A stretch of 64,000 bases of DNA from the human T2T-CHM13v2.0 reference genome, Homo sapiens, in assembly GCF_009914755.1 (NCBI RefSeq), contig NC_060942.1; one strand, 5' to 3'. Below are positions 10,281 to 24,328 of this stretch, in pieces. Within the stretch, counting starts at the first letter, position 1, and the number at the start of each line of letters is the position of its first letter. The notes beneath the pieces are model-generated. The model saw only the letters and a list, made by a program, of their open reading frames with translations, had not been told where the DNA came from and ran no database searches. The position numbers were made by a program, and so were the translations under genes.

Positions 10281-12443
10281 TAGAAAAGTAGACAATCATT
10301 GTTTTGAATATTACTCCTATTTTTGTAAACTGGAATTAAAAGGATAGTATTTTTATCCATGACAGGCCTGAAGATATTACTACTTACCATTTGCTACTGT
10401 ACATAAACAATGATGCCCTGCTCCAGGGAGATTTTGAGGTAAAGATATGGAGAATTGCTGAAGGGCATTCTTTCCCAGTGAGTCTCTGGGGCAGGCTGCT
10501 TCAATCCCAGCCTAACTCAACTGGGCTCTGTCCCCCTGGTTGGGTGGCAATTCCAATATTTCTGCTTTCTTTGATTCTCCTTTTATGTGTAGTTGTCTCT
10601 CTTCAGACTCTCAGCCCAGAAGAAAATTCTCCTGATAAAACAACAGCTCGATCCAAATTGTGCTTCTCCCCAGAATTCACGCCTCTCCCTAGGAGAAGAG
10701 TTGAGGAACTGTACAGAAAAGGGCGGCTTCGTTAGACCGCTCTCTTTTCTGTACTTCCTGAGTGGCCAGGGAATCTAATATCCCCAAATTAGGGCAATTG
10801 GAACAAAGTGAAGGACATAGAGGTATATTGGAAGAGGCAGAGCCTGAGGTGGTAGGAGGAGGACCCTGGAAATGGACTGGTTTGAGATTGCCCCAGGTCT
10901 GGGAAGCTGAGGGCAAATCCAGTCCCAATGGTCCTGACTTTGGGCGCTGGGTATTGGAAATGGATGCAAAGTACAATGTGTTTTTCTCCAGTGCTGTCCA
11001 TGCTTCTCATCTTGTGAAATGGCCAGGATCCTCTCCTTTGAAACCTGCTCTGTAGGAGCTACCCTTTTCCTTTGTGGTTTTATGGAGACCTCTCCTTCCT
11101 ACCCTCCTGCACTGTTTAAGTACTGTTTACCATTTTTCATTCACTTCTCTTAAACTTGTGAATGCTTCTCACTTTTTTTTTTTGTTTGATGCAGGCACTT
11201 ATTGTAAATTTTAGAAACCCCTCTGTAGCCACTAGTAAGTAATTATGCACTAAATATGAACCCTTTGTTTCTTGTTTATTGAGTTTGTAGGTAAAATGTA
11301 TTTTTCTACATTATTGCTTATTGCTTAGTAAAATTTATTTCATAAAACCAACCTTTGTCATATTAGAATGTGTAGTGTTCACATGTTGCTCAGTTTTGCT
11401 AACTGATAAATCATTTAATCCTCTTCTTCATATGTATGAGTACTATCTTATATCTGTGGTCAAGAGTGAGGTAAGCAAGCTCCAACAGACCCTGAGAACC
11501 TACGCTTGTATCCTTTCTTTGGCTAAAGAAAGCATGTCTGTTTCCTGTCAATTCTTTGAACATACAGAGTAATCTTTATAAACAAAAGAACCTTCACCCA
11601 GCAATCAGATCGAGCAGCAACAGACAAACCAGCCAGCCAATCTCCCAAATTTCAGGCACAAGTTTATTTATTTTTTTTTTTTATGTTTTGAAAAAAGAAG
11701 ATGAAGAAGAAGAAAAAAAAAAGAACAAGGAAAGATTAAACGTTAGCTTGTAAAGTTTAAAGGACCTTTCCTTTTCCTTTACGGATTTGATCAGTATGAA
11801 GTCATAAATCAAAGAAAACAGAATTGGATTTGCATTCCCAGGCGGGATGGATGCTGCCAGGAGATCACATTGCAAATAGTGAAAACAGAGGCATTCGGTC
11901 TATGCCTGAGTCCTGTGTATAGGATCAATCTTCCTTTAATTCCGCAGTCTCCTCAGGCAATGTGACACGGGATGCAGTTTGCAGCTTTAGTGCCTTTCTT
12001 CGCCTTTTAAATTGCCACGAATCACAGATGGCTATTTAGTGGCCCTACAATGCTGCAACACATCAGCTTGCATTTTAGTCTTAATTATTTGTTTCTTGGA
12101 TAATGGGCAGAGTTTTCTGTATTTGTATCAGCTGTTAGTGGTGAAATAGGGCTCTAGTTAACCTTTTATTTATGAAGTCTAATTTAGTGTTCCCGTGGCT
12201 AGTTGCAAGCATTTTACAGTGATCACCCAGTTTAATCTTTTGTATACTTTTTAGAAATGCCAAGAGCCTTACTAAACTGAAGCAGATTTATGATATAGTG
12301 ATAATTTAGGTAGATGTTAGTCTTGAAGCTCTTATTTTGTGTGCAACTGATTATAAAAACACCTTAACCAAGTATTATTACACACATGATATCTATAACT
12401 AGGACTTTGATAACTGTTATATAAAGTGTGTAAAATTTGTATG

Positions 12444-12449
12444 AATAAA
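12444..12449 (+). terminator. Distal poly(A) signal AATAAA
   Basis: Hexamer preceded by TGTA elements and followed by CA dinucleotides and a GT/T-rich tract (TTGGTCTAATGTTTGG). Confidence 0.75.
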
Positions 12450-12859
12450 TTTTTGTAAACAATGCAACTTGGTCTAATGTTTGGGAAAAAAGACATTCAG
12501 GAAATAATTACTTTAAAATCTCTTAAAGTATTATATTTCTTTAGCAACCATAAGATTTTTTTACGTCTGGAATATATATCTATCTAAGCACCCTTGTATT
12601 TTCATGAACTGCACTTTAATAATTGATGGGCAACTGGATTCTGCTAAAAATTTAAAGTAGCTACTCAGATGGAGATGCCTAAGAAGGTTTTAAGCTCATA
12701 AACAGGCATGATGTTGCAACATTATAAGACACACAATTTAGATTAATTTCCATCCCCTAGTGTGTATATACTTTGCTCAATATTCAGAAAGTTACTAGGT
12801 AGTAGTGGGAGACAATGCTGGAGCATTAGTTACACATCTAAAATAGCAATCTAACATTG

Positions 12860-12985
12860 TTCTTTTATTTTTTATTTTAGTGGCCAGGTCTCACTATGTT
12901 GCCCAGGCTGGTCTTGCTCAAGCGATCCTCCCACCTCAGCCTCCCAAAGTGCTGGGATTACAGGCGTGAGCCACCACACCCAGCC
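12860..12985 (-). mobile_element. Alu left-monomer fragment (FLAM-like)
   Basis: CCTCCCAAAGTGCTGGGATTACAGGCGTGAGCCACC; flanked by duplicated ATCTAACATTGTTCTT. Confidence 0.85.
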
Positions 12986-14029
12986 TAAAATAGGGATCTA
13001 ACATTGTTCTTATACAAGTAACTCTGCAGACTAAACTTGTCTTGATAAAATTTTGTATAAAATGATCTAAATAATCAGTTTTTGGAGGTTTTAAAATGTA
13101 TTTAGAGACATACAAACTACTGTCTCTGATTAAAATGCTTTAGGTAGAAGGAACGTGAACATGAGTAAGTAAAGAGTTAATTAGATGCCTTTAAAAGAAA
13201 ATGTACTTTGAAGTCCAGGAAGAAACACAAGAAGTCATTTGTGGATTGTATGCTTTCTTAGTTCATATTTACAAACTTTAGGGCAAAGCTTTCATACGAA
13301 ATTCCTTCAAATTCCGTAGTGGTGTGTGTTTTGGCACCTTTGACTATTTCTGGCTTAGAAAATGTATAGAAAGTCACACAATAATTGACATACCATTTAA
13401 TTTAAAATGCCAGGGTTTCATCCTAAAAATTAATGGTCTCAATTAGTAAATCAATAAATATGTTACGATAGAATTAAAGGATGAGTGAGGATTCTAAAAT
13501 TATCTTCAGAATTTAGCTCAGTATTTAAGGCCTAGAATCAAATAGGGAGGAGCCCACAGTCTAGAAATCCCGTTTGTAGTCAATGAAAAAATGAATCCAG
13601 TACAGTTCATATTTGCATTTGATTTTATTGGATAAGGAATTTTTCTTCTCCATCTTTAACTGCCCCTCTTTGTCCTTGAAGACATAGTGTGGTAGATGAA
13701 AAAATGAAGAAGACTTTATTCGGTTGGGGCTAGGCTAATGACTTGTCAAGAACATAAAGATAAACCCCAGACTTGGCTGACTTCAAGTGAATTTCATGTA
13801 TTTAGCAACTTGCCATATTATCTTCGGTGATAACTCAAATTACATCTTTTTAAAGGCAGACTTGATACATATGGGTATTCAAGAAGCTGTAATAGGTGCC
13901 TTAATGCTGTTAGGGCGGAGAACACACTTATTCAATACAATGCACACTTATTGAACACCTGAAATGGGCCACCGCACTGGTCGAGAGAGCTTGACTAACA
14001 CCTGGGAGCTCAGGTAGTATTTTTTTCAG

Positions 14030-14166
14030 AATGTTTTTCTGAAATGTGATCATCTTTGGGGCGGGGGGAGCTTAAAAATGCAAAATTGTAGGGCTCTGCC
14101 AGATCCAGTGAATCTGCATTTTAAATAAAAACCCTAGATTACTGTGCACTAAAATTTGAGACTGCC
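14030..14166. mobile_element. MER5-like hAT DNA transposon fossil
   Basis: GAATCTGCATTTTAAATAA...CACTAAAATTTGAGA end motif. Confidence 0.5.
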
Positions 14167-14910
14167 TAGATTTAGAATTGGTGACATATGTAGGCATACA
14201 TATGTGCTGGTCTGAATGTTTTTTTCATATGAAATAAGCAAAAGGTCATGTTACCTGCATACAGTAATAAATACATAACTGTGCCATATTCTTCCAAGAT
14301 ATCTGGTCATTAAGCTCTTTGACAATTTCAGTATTTCCTTTAGGTCACTAAAACTACTAGTTAGCATTATTTTACTTGTACAGTCTGGTTGGACCTCTCC
14401 TACAGGAGCTTGTGGAAGGAGAGTGATCCTCTAAGTTGGGTCCAAAATATTCAATCACAGGACTAAGAGATTATGGCTATAATGAGGAGAACTTGTGCAG
14501 CTAGCTAGCCATAATTCTGGGGATCCAGAAGTCAACTTCCAGTTGCATTATATCCCAATTTGGTTTGAATGTATTTACTGCTCCCCAACTGTTTACAAGA
14601 TGGTTTCTCTTGGATGGCTCACTATGACCTTCAACCCAACCCTACTGTTCACATGATCACAAGATTGGAAGCCAAGATCAAGTCATCCCTCTTCTCTTTT
14701 GTTGCCACTCTTTTTTGTAGAAGGGAGATGCCAGCTGCCCCTGCTGCTGCAGATTGCATCACTGCTGGATTCTTACATTGGTTTGTAGTTGGTCATCCTG
14801 GTCACTTCCCCTGCAACCACATAGTTTTAGCTCCATCTTAGTATCATGTCCCTCTGATCAGATGTTCCAGAGTAGCTTCCATTGTCAAAGGGTTAAAGGG
14901 TTTAAGGTAA

Positions 14911-15550
<640 letters not shown>

Positions 15551-16829
15551 AATCCTTTTTCTTTAAAAAAACAGGTTCTTATCAGTTTTGGAAACGCAAA
15601 TGCTCCCTATCAGCTCCCAGCAATACCCCCATGACCACAATGTCCTTTCTCTACCCACCCAACCTCAATATTCTGTAAGGTCCAACTCAAGCTCTCCTTT
15701 CCTAGGCATCTCCTTTAGCCTCTCAGAGTCACAATCATCTTCACTCCCCCACCCCGAGAACCTGCACTGTTTTTCCATGACCATTATACTCTGTATTGCC
15801 CTTTCTGTATTCCCTTTCTGACTTTTAATTCCACATTGCTCTGTCCAGTTCCGTAACTGTTTCATAAGAGCATGGCTTGTCTTCCCACTGGATGACCCCC
15901 TAGAGGGTGTGGATGATACATTGCACTTTAATGCCAACACACTTCTGGGAACATAAGAAATATCTTTTCTAAGTGATTGGAATAACCAGAGGACCTGTAG
16001 AATTCACCATGATATTTCTCCCTTGTTGTAACAGGACAACGGCAAAGCATATACAGGAGTACAATTAACTTTTTTTTTCCTTTTTTTTTTTTTTTTTTTA
16101 GTGTGGAAGAGCCAAAGATCTGAAAAATTAACTTATCAATTAGATGGGCATCATGAATCAAACTAGATCTACCTCCAGGAAAAGCTACATAGAAAAGAAT
16201 GCTAAATTAGTGTGTTTCTATTAGTTAAGATAAATTAAACTCCGAATTCACATACAGGCAAAAGGCTGTCATAGATTCAAGCCACACAGGCTTTTATTTT
16301 TTTCATTCTCATAGAAAAAAGAAGAGTCTTATTTTCAAACTAAAAGAGAATTCACCTTATGCTTCAAGACAATGATACCTTTTTTCTAGAATACAGGAAA
16401 AGGGATACCTTGAGAGGCAGACTGGGAACTGGACTGCTCTCAAAGTGATAATTAACAGAGCAGTTATCTACAGCTGCCAAAGAAACTTCCCCCATCAACT
16501 GAAATGTAATTTGAAATATGAGTTCATAGACAGGAAAAAGAACATAATGAAAAAATACTTTTTTTTAACAGTTTAGCATTATAGTAGGTGATGTCATCTG
16601 GTCCAAGTTAAATTTTTTCTTAATTATGTCTTTGCTATATATTATAGAATCCTAAGTCAGAGAGGAATATTGCCTATAAACCACAAAGAAAATAGTATGA
16701 TGTGTATCTATGTGTATTTCCCTTTCCCTTGTTAACTACCCTGATTTTTGCTTGGTTAACTATACCTACCTCATGCAGGGTATGGATTTTATGGGGACAA
16801 TAACTCCCCACTTTTAAATATAACTAATC

Positions 16830-17170
16830 AGGATAATTGCATCTCCTAGCCATAGTTCCTGGCATGGCATGTGATCCATTTTAGAATAGTGGGGTTAGAG
16901 AGGAATTTTTTTTTGATGCTTCTAGTAAAGGAGTCCTTTCTTTTCTCTGGAATGGTGTGGTGTGTAATGTAGTGCACCATATAAGAAGCCAGCCTCACAG
17001 TGGACCTGTCACCATGGAAGACACAGAGAAGTAACAGGAAAAGGCAGGTTCCTGATGACATCATTGAGTCCCTGAATCAAACCAACCCTGAAACCAGAAC
17101 TACCACTGGAGTTTCCTGTTAAATAAGTCAATAAGTCCCCTTCATTGCCTAAGTCAGTTTTTTTCTTTTT
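16830..17170 (+). mobile_element. MLT1-like (ERVL-MaLR) LTR remnant
   Basis: GAGTCCCTGAATCAAACCAACCCTGAA...AGTCAATAAGTCCCC...AAGTCAGTTT resembles old MLT1 3' ends. Confidence 0.55.
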
Positions 17171-17791
17171 TGGTTTGTTATTTGTAGTATCAGTTAGGAC
17201 CCATGTTTCAAGTAGTGGAAAACCCAACTCGAACTGGCTTAGTATGGTTTTCTCAGAACACAGAAGAGAGTTAAGAGTGGTCTACAGAGGTTCCAGGCGA
17301 CAGGAAGCTTTACAAGTTCCAGTGCCCGAGTGTTCCAAAGATTTCACATCCTCCGTTAAGAATTTAACGTTTCAATATTAAAATATTTCAGAGCACCTAG
17401 AAGCAAACCCTAGTCACTGATTTTAACTATAGTAAGAAATATCCTTTGAGGAGCTCTCACCGTCTTTTGCTGCCAACTGTACTACTTCTTTGGACCACGA
17501 GTACCTTAGAACTGCTCTTCTCTGAAACATTTTTTGAAATTCTGTTGAGTAGAAACTACTATCCCGTCACTGCTGTCATTCCCTAACACCCAGGAAACTT
17601 GTGATCACACTGGAGGCTCCAGTCTTTTGATGCCCTGCCCGCCATTTCCCCAGGCTCCCTGCCCCTTTCTCTCTTCGCTGTTTCTCCTCTCATCCCAGAT
17701 CAGTTTAATGACCCTGCCTGCCCCCACTGACCATTTTTCACTACCTGACCTTTTTTGCCACACTCACATTAACACTCCTCAAAGTTGGATC

Positions 17792-17855
17792 AACCCAACC
17801 GTGTGTTTTCTCCTGGTTGCTGAAACCCAACTGTGTGTTTTCTCCTGGTTGCTGA
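17792..17855. repeat. 32-bp tandem duplication
   Basis: AACCCAAC(C/T)GTGTGTTTTCTCCTGGTTGCTGA twice, 31/32 identical. Confidence 0.95.
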
Positions 17856-18643
17856 AGGCCATCGAGAAAAATCTTGGCTCTGTTTTGATCCTTTCTTACT
17901 ATAAATTTATGATTACCTATGTCTGTAGGATCTATAAAGCACTCATTGCTAATCAGTCTTATTTTCTATTCCTGTACTTACTTGCTTCACTCTTCAGTAT
18001 CCTTGGCGCATCCTGCCAGGGTGACCTCATTGTTGATTTTGCCTGCCATTTTCCAAACACAAACAAATACAAAACAAAACTTCCCTAGTTTCTTTTCCTC
18101 TAGCTCCATGTGTTTTTTCACTTCAAATTCCCACCTCGATTTCCTGAGGTTTGTATTTCCTCTAACACTTAATTGCAATTTCTTCATGTTCATTTGTCCC
18201 ATACTTGCCAAGTGCAATATTTTTGCAGTTCCCATCTTGTATAATCTTTTTATAGCATTCCCTCTTTCCTAAAACTTTCTTTTCACTTGTTCCTGGAACT
18301 TGGCTTTTTGTCTTTTCCCTCTCATACCATTTTGCCTCATTTTCAATCTTTTATATTGCCTCCTCTTCCTTCTTTAAGGTAGATGGCCTCAAGTTCTGTC
18401 CTTCCCCCTTTCTCCTAGGGCTATACTTTCACCTAGGATAATCTTATCTTTTATGATCTGATGGTTTGACGACTTGCAATCTTACAGACCTTGTGAGAAA
18501 GTTAAAGTGTCCAATTGAGATATTTACCTGGACATCCAGTGAATACTAAAAATCATTGCAATTATCCCTCAGTATCCACATGGAATTGATTCCAGGACCC
18601 CTGCAGAACCCAAAATCTGTGGATGCTCAAGTCCTTGATATAA

Positions 18644-19073
<430 letters not shown>

Positions 19074-20024
19074 TTTTAAATTATCTCTATATTACTTAGA
19101 ATACTTAATACAATGTAAATGCTGTGTAAAAGTCATTATTGTTTAGGGATTAATGACGAGAAAAAAGTCTGTACATGTTCATACACATGTAATTTTTTGG
19201 AATATTTCCATTTGCAGTTGGTTGAATTCACAGATGCAGAACCCATGGATATGGAGGCCGATTATATGTTCCCAGATGAGAATATTATCCACATTTATTC
19301 CTCCTCTTTTTTTTTGGCATCATATCCACCACACTTCTTAACCGATGTATTGCAGAGTGCCCTTCCTTTTCCTCCCCATTACTCCATTCATTTAATTGGT
19401 CACAAAATCTTAGGATTTTTCAATCCTATTTTCTGCAGAACTCCACATTCACATAATCTTTTGGCTGTTTTTGCAATAGCCTCTCAAACTTGGCTCTAGT
19501 GACTCCCCCCGGTTCAGTCTTCTCTGCCTCCGGACAGATCTAAAATAAGACTCTGGTCATGCTACTACCCTATGCTGGCTTGATAAATGTTTATGCCTTC
19601 CTGTGGCCTACTGGATGAAGTCCAAAGTCTTTAGCATGTATTTAGTAGTTCTCTTCACTCTAGTTTCCTGCTCTTATCTATCACCTTTTGTTTGTGGTCC
19701 CCTGTCTCTAGAATAGTGCTCTATCCCTTTGCCCTCCTAGTGAAATGCTACTGATCTTTCAGGGAAGAACCAGCTCCTTTCTCTGTTTTTCTGCTGCATT
19801 TCTTCATATTCCTAGTTTAGCATGTAGCTGCATGCATGTATTTTGCTGATGGGAAGAGGACCATAATTATTCAACTTCCTATTCTTAGAGCCTGTAGTAT
19901 TTGGCACGTAATGGGCACTAAATCACTATTTGTTGAATTGAAATTAATTCTATGAAAGTTGGCAAGTAGTTCTCTACCACACAGACAACATGAAAAAATA
20001 TGATTTATATAATTTAAGGTATAG

Positions 20025-20342
<318 letters not shown>

Positions 20343-21261
20343 TAGGAAGGATTTGGGCTACAACAAAAACTTGTTGAACGATTAAGTCAAAGCATACTCC
20401 TTTGAATACTGAAAATGTTTGCTGAGGTTGTCTCAGTTTTGAAGGACTGCTTTCCATTCCATTTTTCTTGTTATCTTCTGATCTAAACCAGTGATAAATT
20501 TTATGCTGTCCAATGACAGGCAGGAATGGTAACAGAACTTGCAGATAATAGGTTGCTTACCAAAAGTTATAGATTGACCAAATGAATTTGTTTTCTAAGA
20601 AAATGGAGGGCATTAATATAAAACTCAAAGCCCTCAAGTATATTTGTCCTTGTCCATTGCCATGGATGTTTCCAAAATGTAAGCTTTGATGAGAAGTGGT
20701 AAAGAAAATAAGGCATTCAAACAACAGACATGAGACTCTTGAGTGGCAGGAAATTTTCCATCTCACTTGTAGGTGCAGATGTTCTTGGATTATCCCCTGC
20801 TAGGATCTCTTCTGGCCAGTCCACTTTGAGTGTAAACAGGGTTCATCAGGGAAAGGTAGTCTGATTTATTTATTCTCATAAACTTTCTTACATGTGCAAG
20901 CCAGATGATTGGTCATGGAGTGAGCTGGGGAAAGAAATGATGCTCTTAGCATAATTAGATAGAACCTGTCTTGGGAGTATGATTTTGTAGGGGGCACATC
21001 TTGCCTACACAACTTTTGTAATTATGTAAGGAGCTGATGATCCCATTATCAGACTCTTCTGATCATAAGTTTATTTAATTGTGCTTCAATTAGAGAGAAG
21101 GAAGGAGAAGAAACAAAAATGCAAGCCAGTTCAATCTGCTGATTCCTAGGCATCCTGGTGGAAGAGCTGATGAAAAAGGAGATATGAAACTACCAAAGCA
21201 AGGCCTCTAGATTTTTCATAAATTAATGAGTGCATATTATCAGTAATGGAGAGAGGATCTT

Positions 21262-21572
21262 TGTTTTTCCTTTTTGTCTTTGGAGACAGGGTCCAGGGTC
21301 TTACTCTGTTGCCCAAGCTGGAGTGCACTGGCATGATCGTGGCTCACTGAAGCCTTGACATCCCAGGCTCAAGTGATCTTCCCACCTCAGCCTCCTGAAT
21401 AGCTGGGACTACAGGCATATGCCACCATGGCCAGCTACGTTTGCTTATTTTTTGTAGAGAGGAGGTCTCACTATGTTGCCCAGTCTTGTCTCGAACTCCT
21501 GGGCTCAAGCAATCCTCCTGCCTGTGCCTCTCAAAATGCTGGGTTTATAATCATGAACCAACACACCTGGTG
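21262..21572 (-). mobile_element. Alu (AluJ-like)
   Basis: Diverged antisense Alu with CTCCTGGGCTCAAGCAATCCTCC. Confidence 0.9.
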
Positions 21573-22494
21573 CAGGAACCTGTCTTTTCTTATGGGATCT
21601 TTGTTTGAGGTGTAGTAAGCAAGAACCTCTCTCTCTCTCTTTTTAATAGGTTAAAGTTGACAATTAGTGTTAATGAGTAGTTTATATCGCTGACATTACT
21701 ATAAAAGGCATCCTACTATGAGATTAAAAAAAAACTTAGACAAACTGAGGGAGTAAGGATTTGTCTGATTATACCTTGAAATAAATATATTTTTAAGTTA
21801 TTCTTAATAAATTATCTCTGTATAGATTATAGTCATTTAGACCAGACTTAACTTTCCATTTTCATTTAAGTTGTCTAAAAACTACATTCAACTTTATTGC
21901 CTGGTTGTTGCAAGGATACTTAATTCAAGTCTCTGAAAGCATCTGTTTTTTCCGATTCCTTCTGATGATCCTGAAAAATTCCTTTAGCGAACTGAGCTGG
22001 AGGCTTGGCAAAAAAGAACATTCATCGCTTACATTTTCTAGAAGTCACCATTACTATGATAAGCACAAAGGATCCATTTTTAGTGAAGAATATCAGGAGA
22101 CAGCAGGCTAGTGCTAGAGGAAATTTGATGAGCATGGTTTTCCAGGTCTTCCCAATTCCTTGAGGGAGACGGGCTTGGGTGGGTAGCAATGGTAATTTGC
22201 CTGCCCACAGGTACATCTTGGGTCCTGTTGGGTAGAGGGAAGCCCAAAGTAAGGGATTTCCAAATCTCTTTTACCCTCAATTACAATGCCCCAACCCCGC
22301 AGCTTAATTTCTTTATATGGTTACAAAAGCAGCCTTTAGCAAACCACCTGTGTCTAACATCTTGACATATTTTCTTATTTCATAACATTTGCTCCATCTT
22401 GCGCAGATTATATAATAATGGTTGGACACCAGAAATTTCCAGTCACACAGAATGAACGATGTATGTGTGTAAACAGACACAGTTAGTTCTGGGA

Positions 22495-22648
22495 AGGACT
22501 AGCTACATAATTTGTGGAGCCCAGTACAAAATGAAAATTTAAAAAAATTATTAAGAATTTCTAGATAGCAACAGCAGAGTATTAAACCAAGTGTGTGCCT
22601 GTTCTGAGCATAGCGTATGGTTCATACACCCATGAAGCTGGCTCTGGT
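22495..22648. mobile_element. MER45-like hAT fossil
   Basis: GCTACATAATTTGTGGAGCCCAGTACAAAATGAAAAT...CCCATGAAGCTGG. Confidence 0.6.
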
Positions 22649-22824
22649 TCTAGATTTAGGGATGCTGAGCATAGCAGACCCAGCCTGAGTCTGCACCAGA
22701 ACCCTGTTTTCATTTGTTCTTACTCTATCCTCATTGCGTGTGTGTAATATTTTTTTGACATGCACATAATTTTACAGTCAATTCAGTCTGCGATTTACAA
22801 TGCAGTAGAGAATAATCAGGTTTA

Positions 22825-23320
22825 AAAATTTGTGTTTAAAAACATAACATGAGATCTACCCTCAACAAATTTTTAAGTGTACCGTATGTGCAGTGTTGTT
22901 TACTATAAGCGCAATGTTGTACAGCAGATCTATAGAACTTTTTCATCTTGCATAACTGAAACTTTCTACCTTTTGAACACCTCCCCATTTTGCCATCCGC
23001 TCAGGCCCTGGCAACCACTGTCCTTTCTGCTTTGGTGGATTCGACTACTTTAGATACCTCATAGAAGTGGACTCGCATGGTATTTGTCCTTTTGGGTCTG
23101 GCTTATCTCACTTATCATAATGTCTTTAAGGCTCATCCCTGCTCTAGCACATGATTTTCTTCTTTTTCATGGCTGAATAATATTTCATTGCACGTATATG
23201 TCACGTACTCTTTATCAATTGATCTGTTGATGGGCATATCAACAGATGGTTGTTTCCGTATTTTGGCTATTGTGAATAGCGTTTCAATGGACATGAAAAT
23301 GCAGGTATCTCTTATCTTCA
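22825..23320 (-). mobile_element. Old L1 (L1MA/MB-like) 3' fragment
   Basis: Antisense L1 3' UTR and ORF2 C-terminal remnant (LFTIAKIRKQP). Confidence 0.85.
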
Positions 23321-24255
23321 TGTGTTTTTAATAGGTCTGTATCTCACAAATAGTAGTCCATCCTTTTGGCAATATAATTCAATTATTAAATGAATATAAT
23401 CAGATTTATGGTTTTGCAGACTCCTCTCTATTAAAATGTCCACCTTAGGTTACCTAGCTTGCAATTTGGGCATTAAACCAACTTTCCAGAGAACTAAACT
23501 CACTCTGGGACTATGCGAGATGGCGCAGGCCCTGTGATGGATGATCTGCGAGGGTCAGTGGCACATGGTGCTACCTCACCGGCCTCCAAGGGGTGTATTT
23601 CATCAGCACAGTAAATAAAAATATCACTCTGGAAGGGATGTTTTGAGACTGAGTAAATATTTGCCAGCAGGGCCTCGGCCCCTTCAGGCAGAGAGAGACC
23701 TGGGGCATTCAGCTGCAAACATGTCTCTATTAAGAGCTAAGGCTTGGGTGAGTGTGTTAGCAATGCCTCCAGCAGCAGAAGCAGCAGACAGAAACAGCAG
23801 CAGCAGCAGCAGGCTCTGTGCTGATTCTGGAATCTGTTTTCTTTGCCTAAATCTTAGTTGCTGGGTTTTAGTTCTCATTCTTGATTAGAATGTTTCCGGG
23901 CCTTTCACTTCCACAATCTTGTTTTGCTTCAGGGAGGAAAAATGGAAAGTTCAGGTAGCAGTAGTTTGTCTTTGTGAGGAGCAAGCAGCTTGATTTTATA
24001 TGCACGTGGAAAGCAAAAACAAGAGAGAAAACTGGCTGAGTGATTGCTGCTCCTGCTGTGATAAATTTTCTAGCAAGCTCCAGGTACTTCTGGCTTTCTC
24101 TTGGTCTTTTTGCTTGTCAACCCTATGAGCTGGTGAATGAGGATGACGCTTGCCTTTATACAGACAGACCTCAGCATATAAATCACCTGCAAATGTTCTT
24201 AGGCTATTTGTACTTATAGAGGCATCATTGGCACGCGCATGCACTCACGCGCTTG

Positions 24256-24328
24256 CACACACACACATATATGTGAATATATGTGTGTGTGTCTGTGTGT
24301 GTGTGTATATATATATATATGTATATAT
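24256..24328. repeat. Compound (CA)n/(TG)n/(TA)n microsatellite
   Basis: Direct reading. Confidence 0.85.

Larger units (their letters stand above)
9930..12470 (+). other. ADCYAP1: ADCYAP1 3' UTR (long form, end approximate)
   Basis: AU-rich, free of interspersed repeats, extends from the stop codon to about 20 nt past AATAAA at 12444. Confidence 0.75.
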
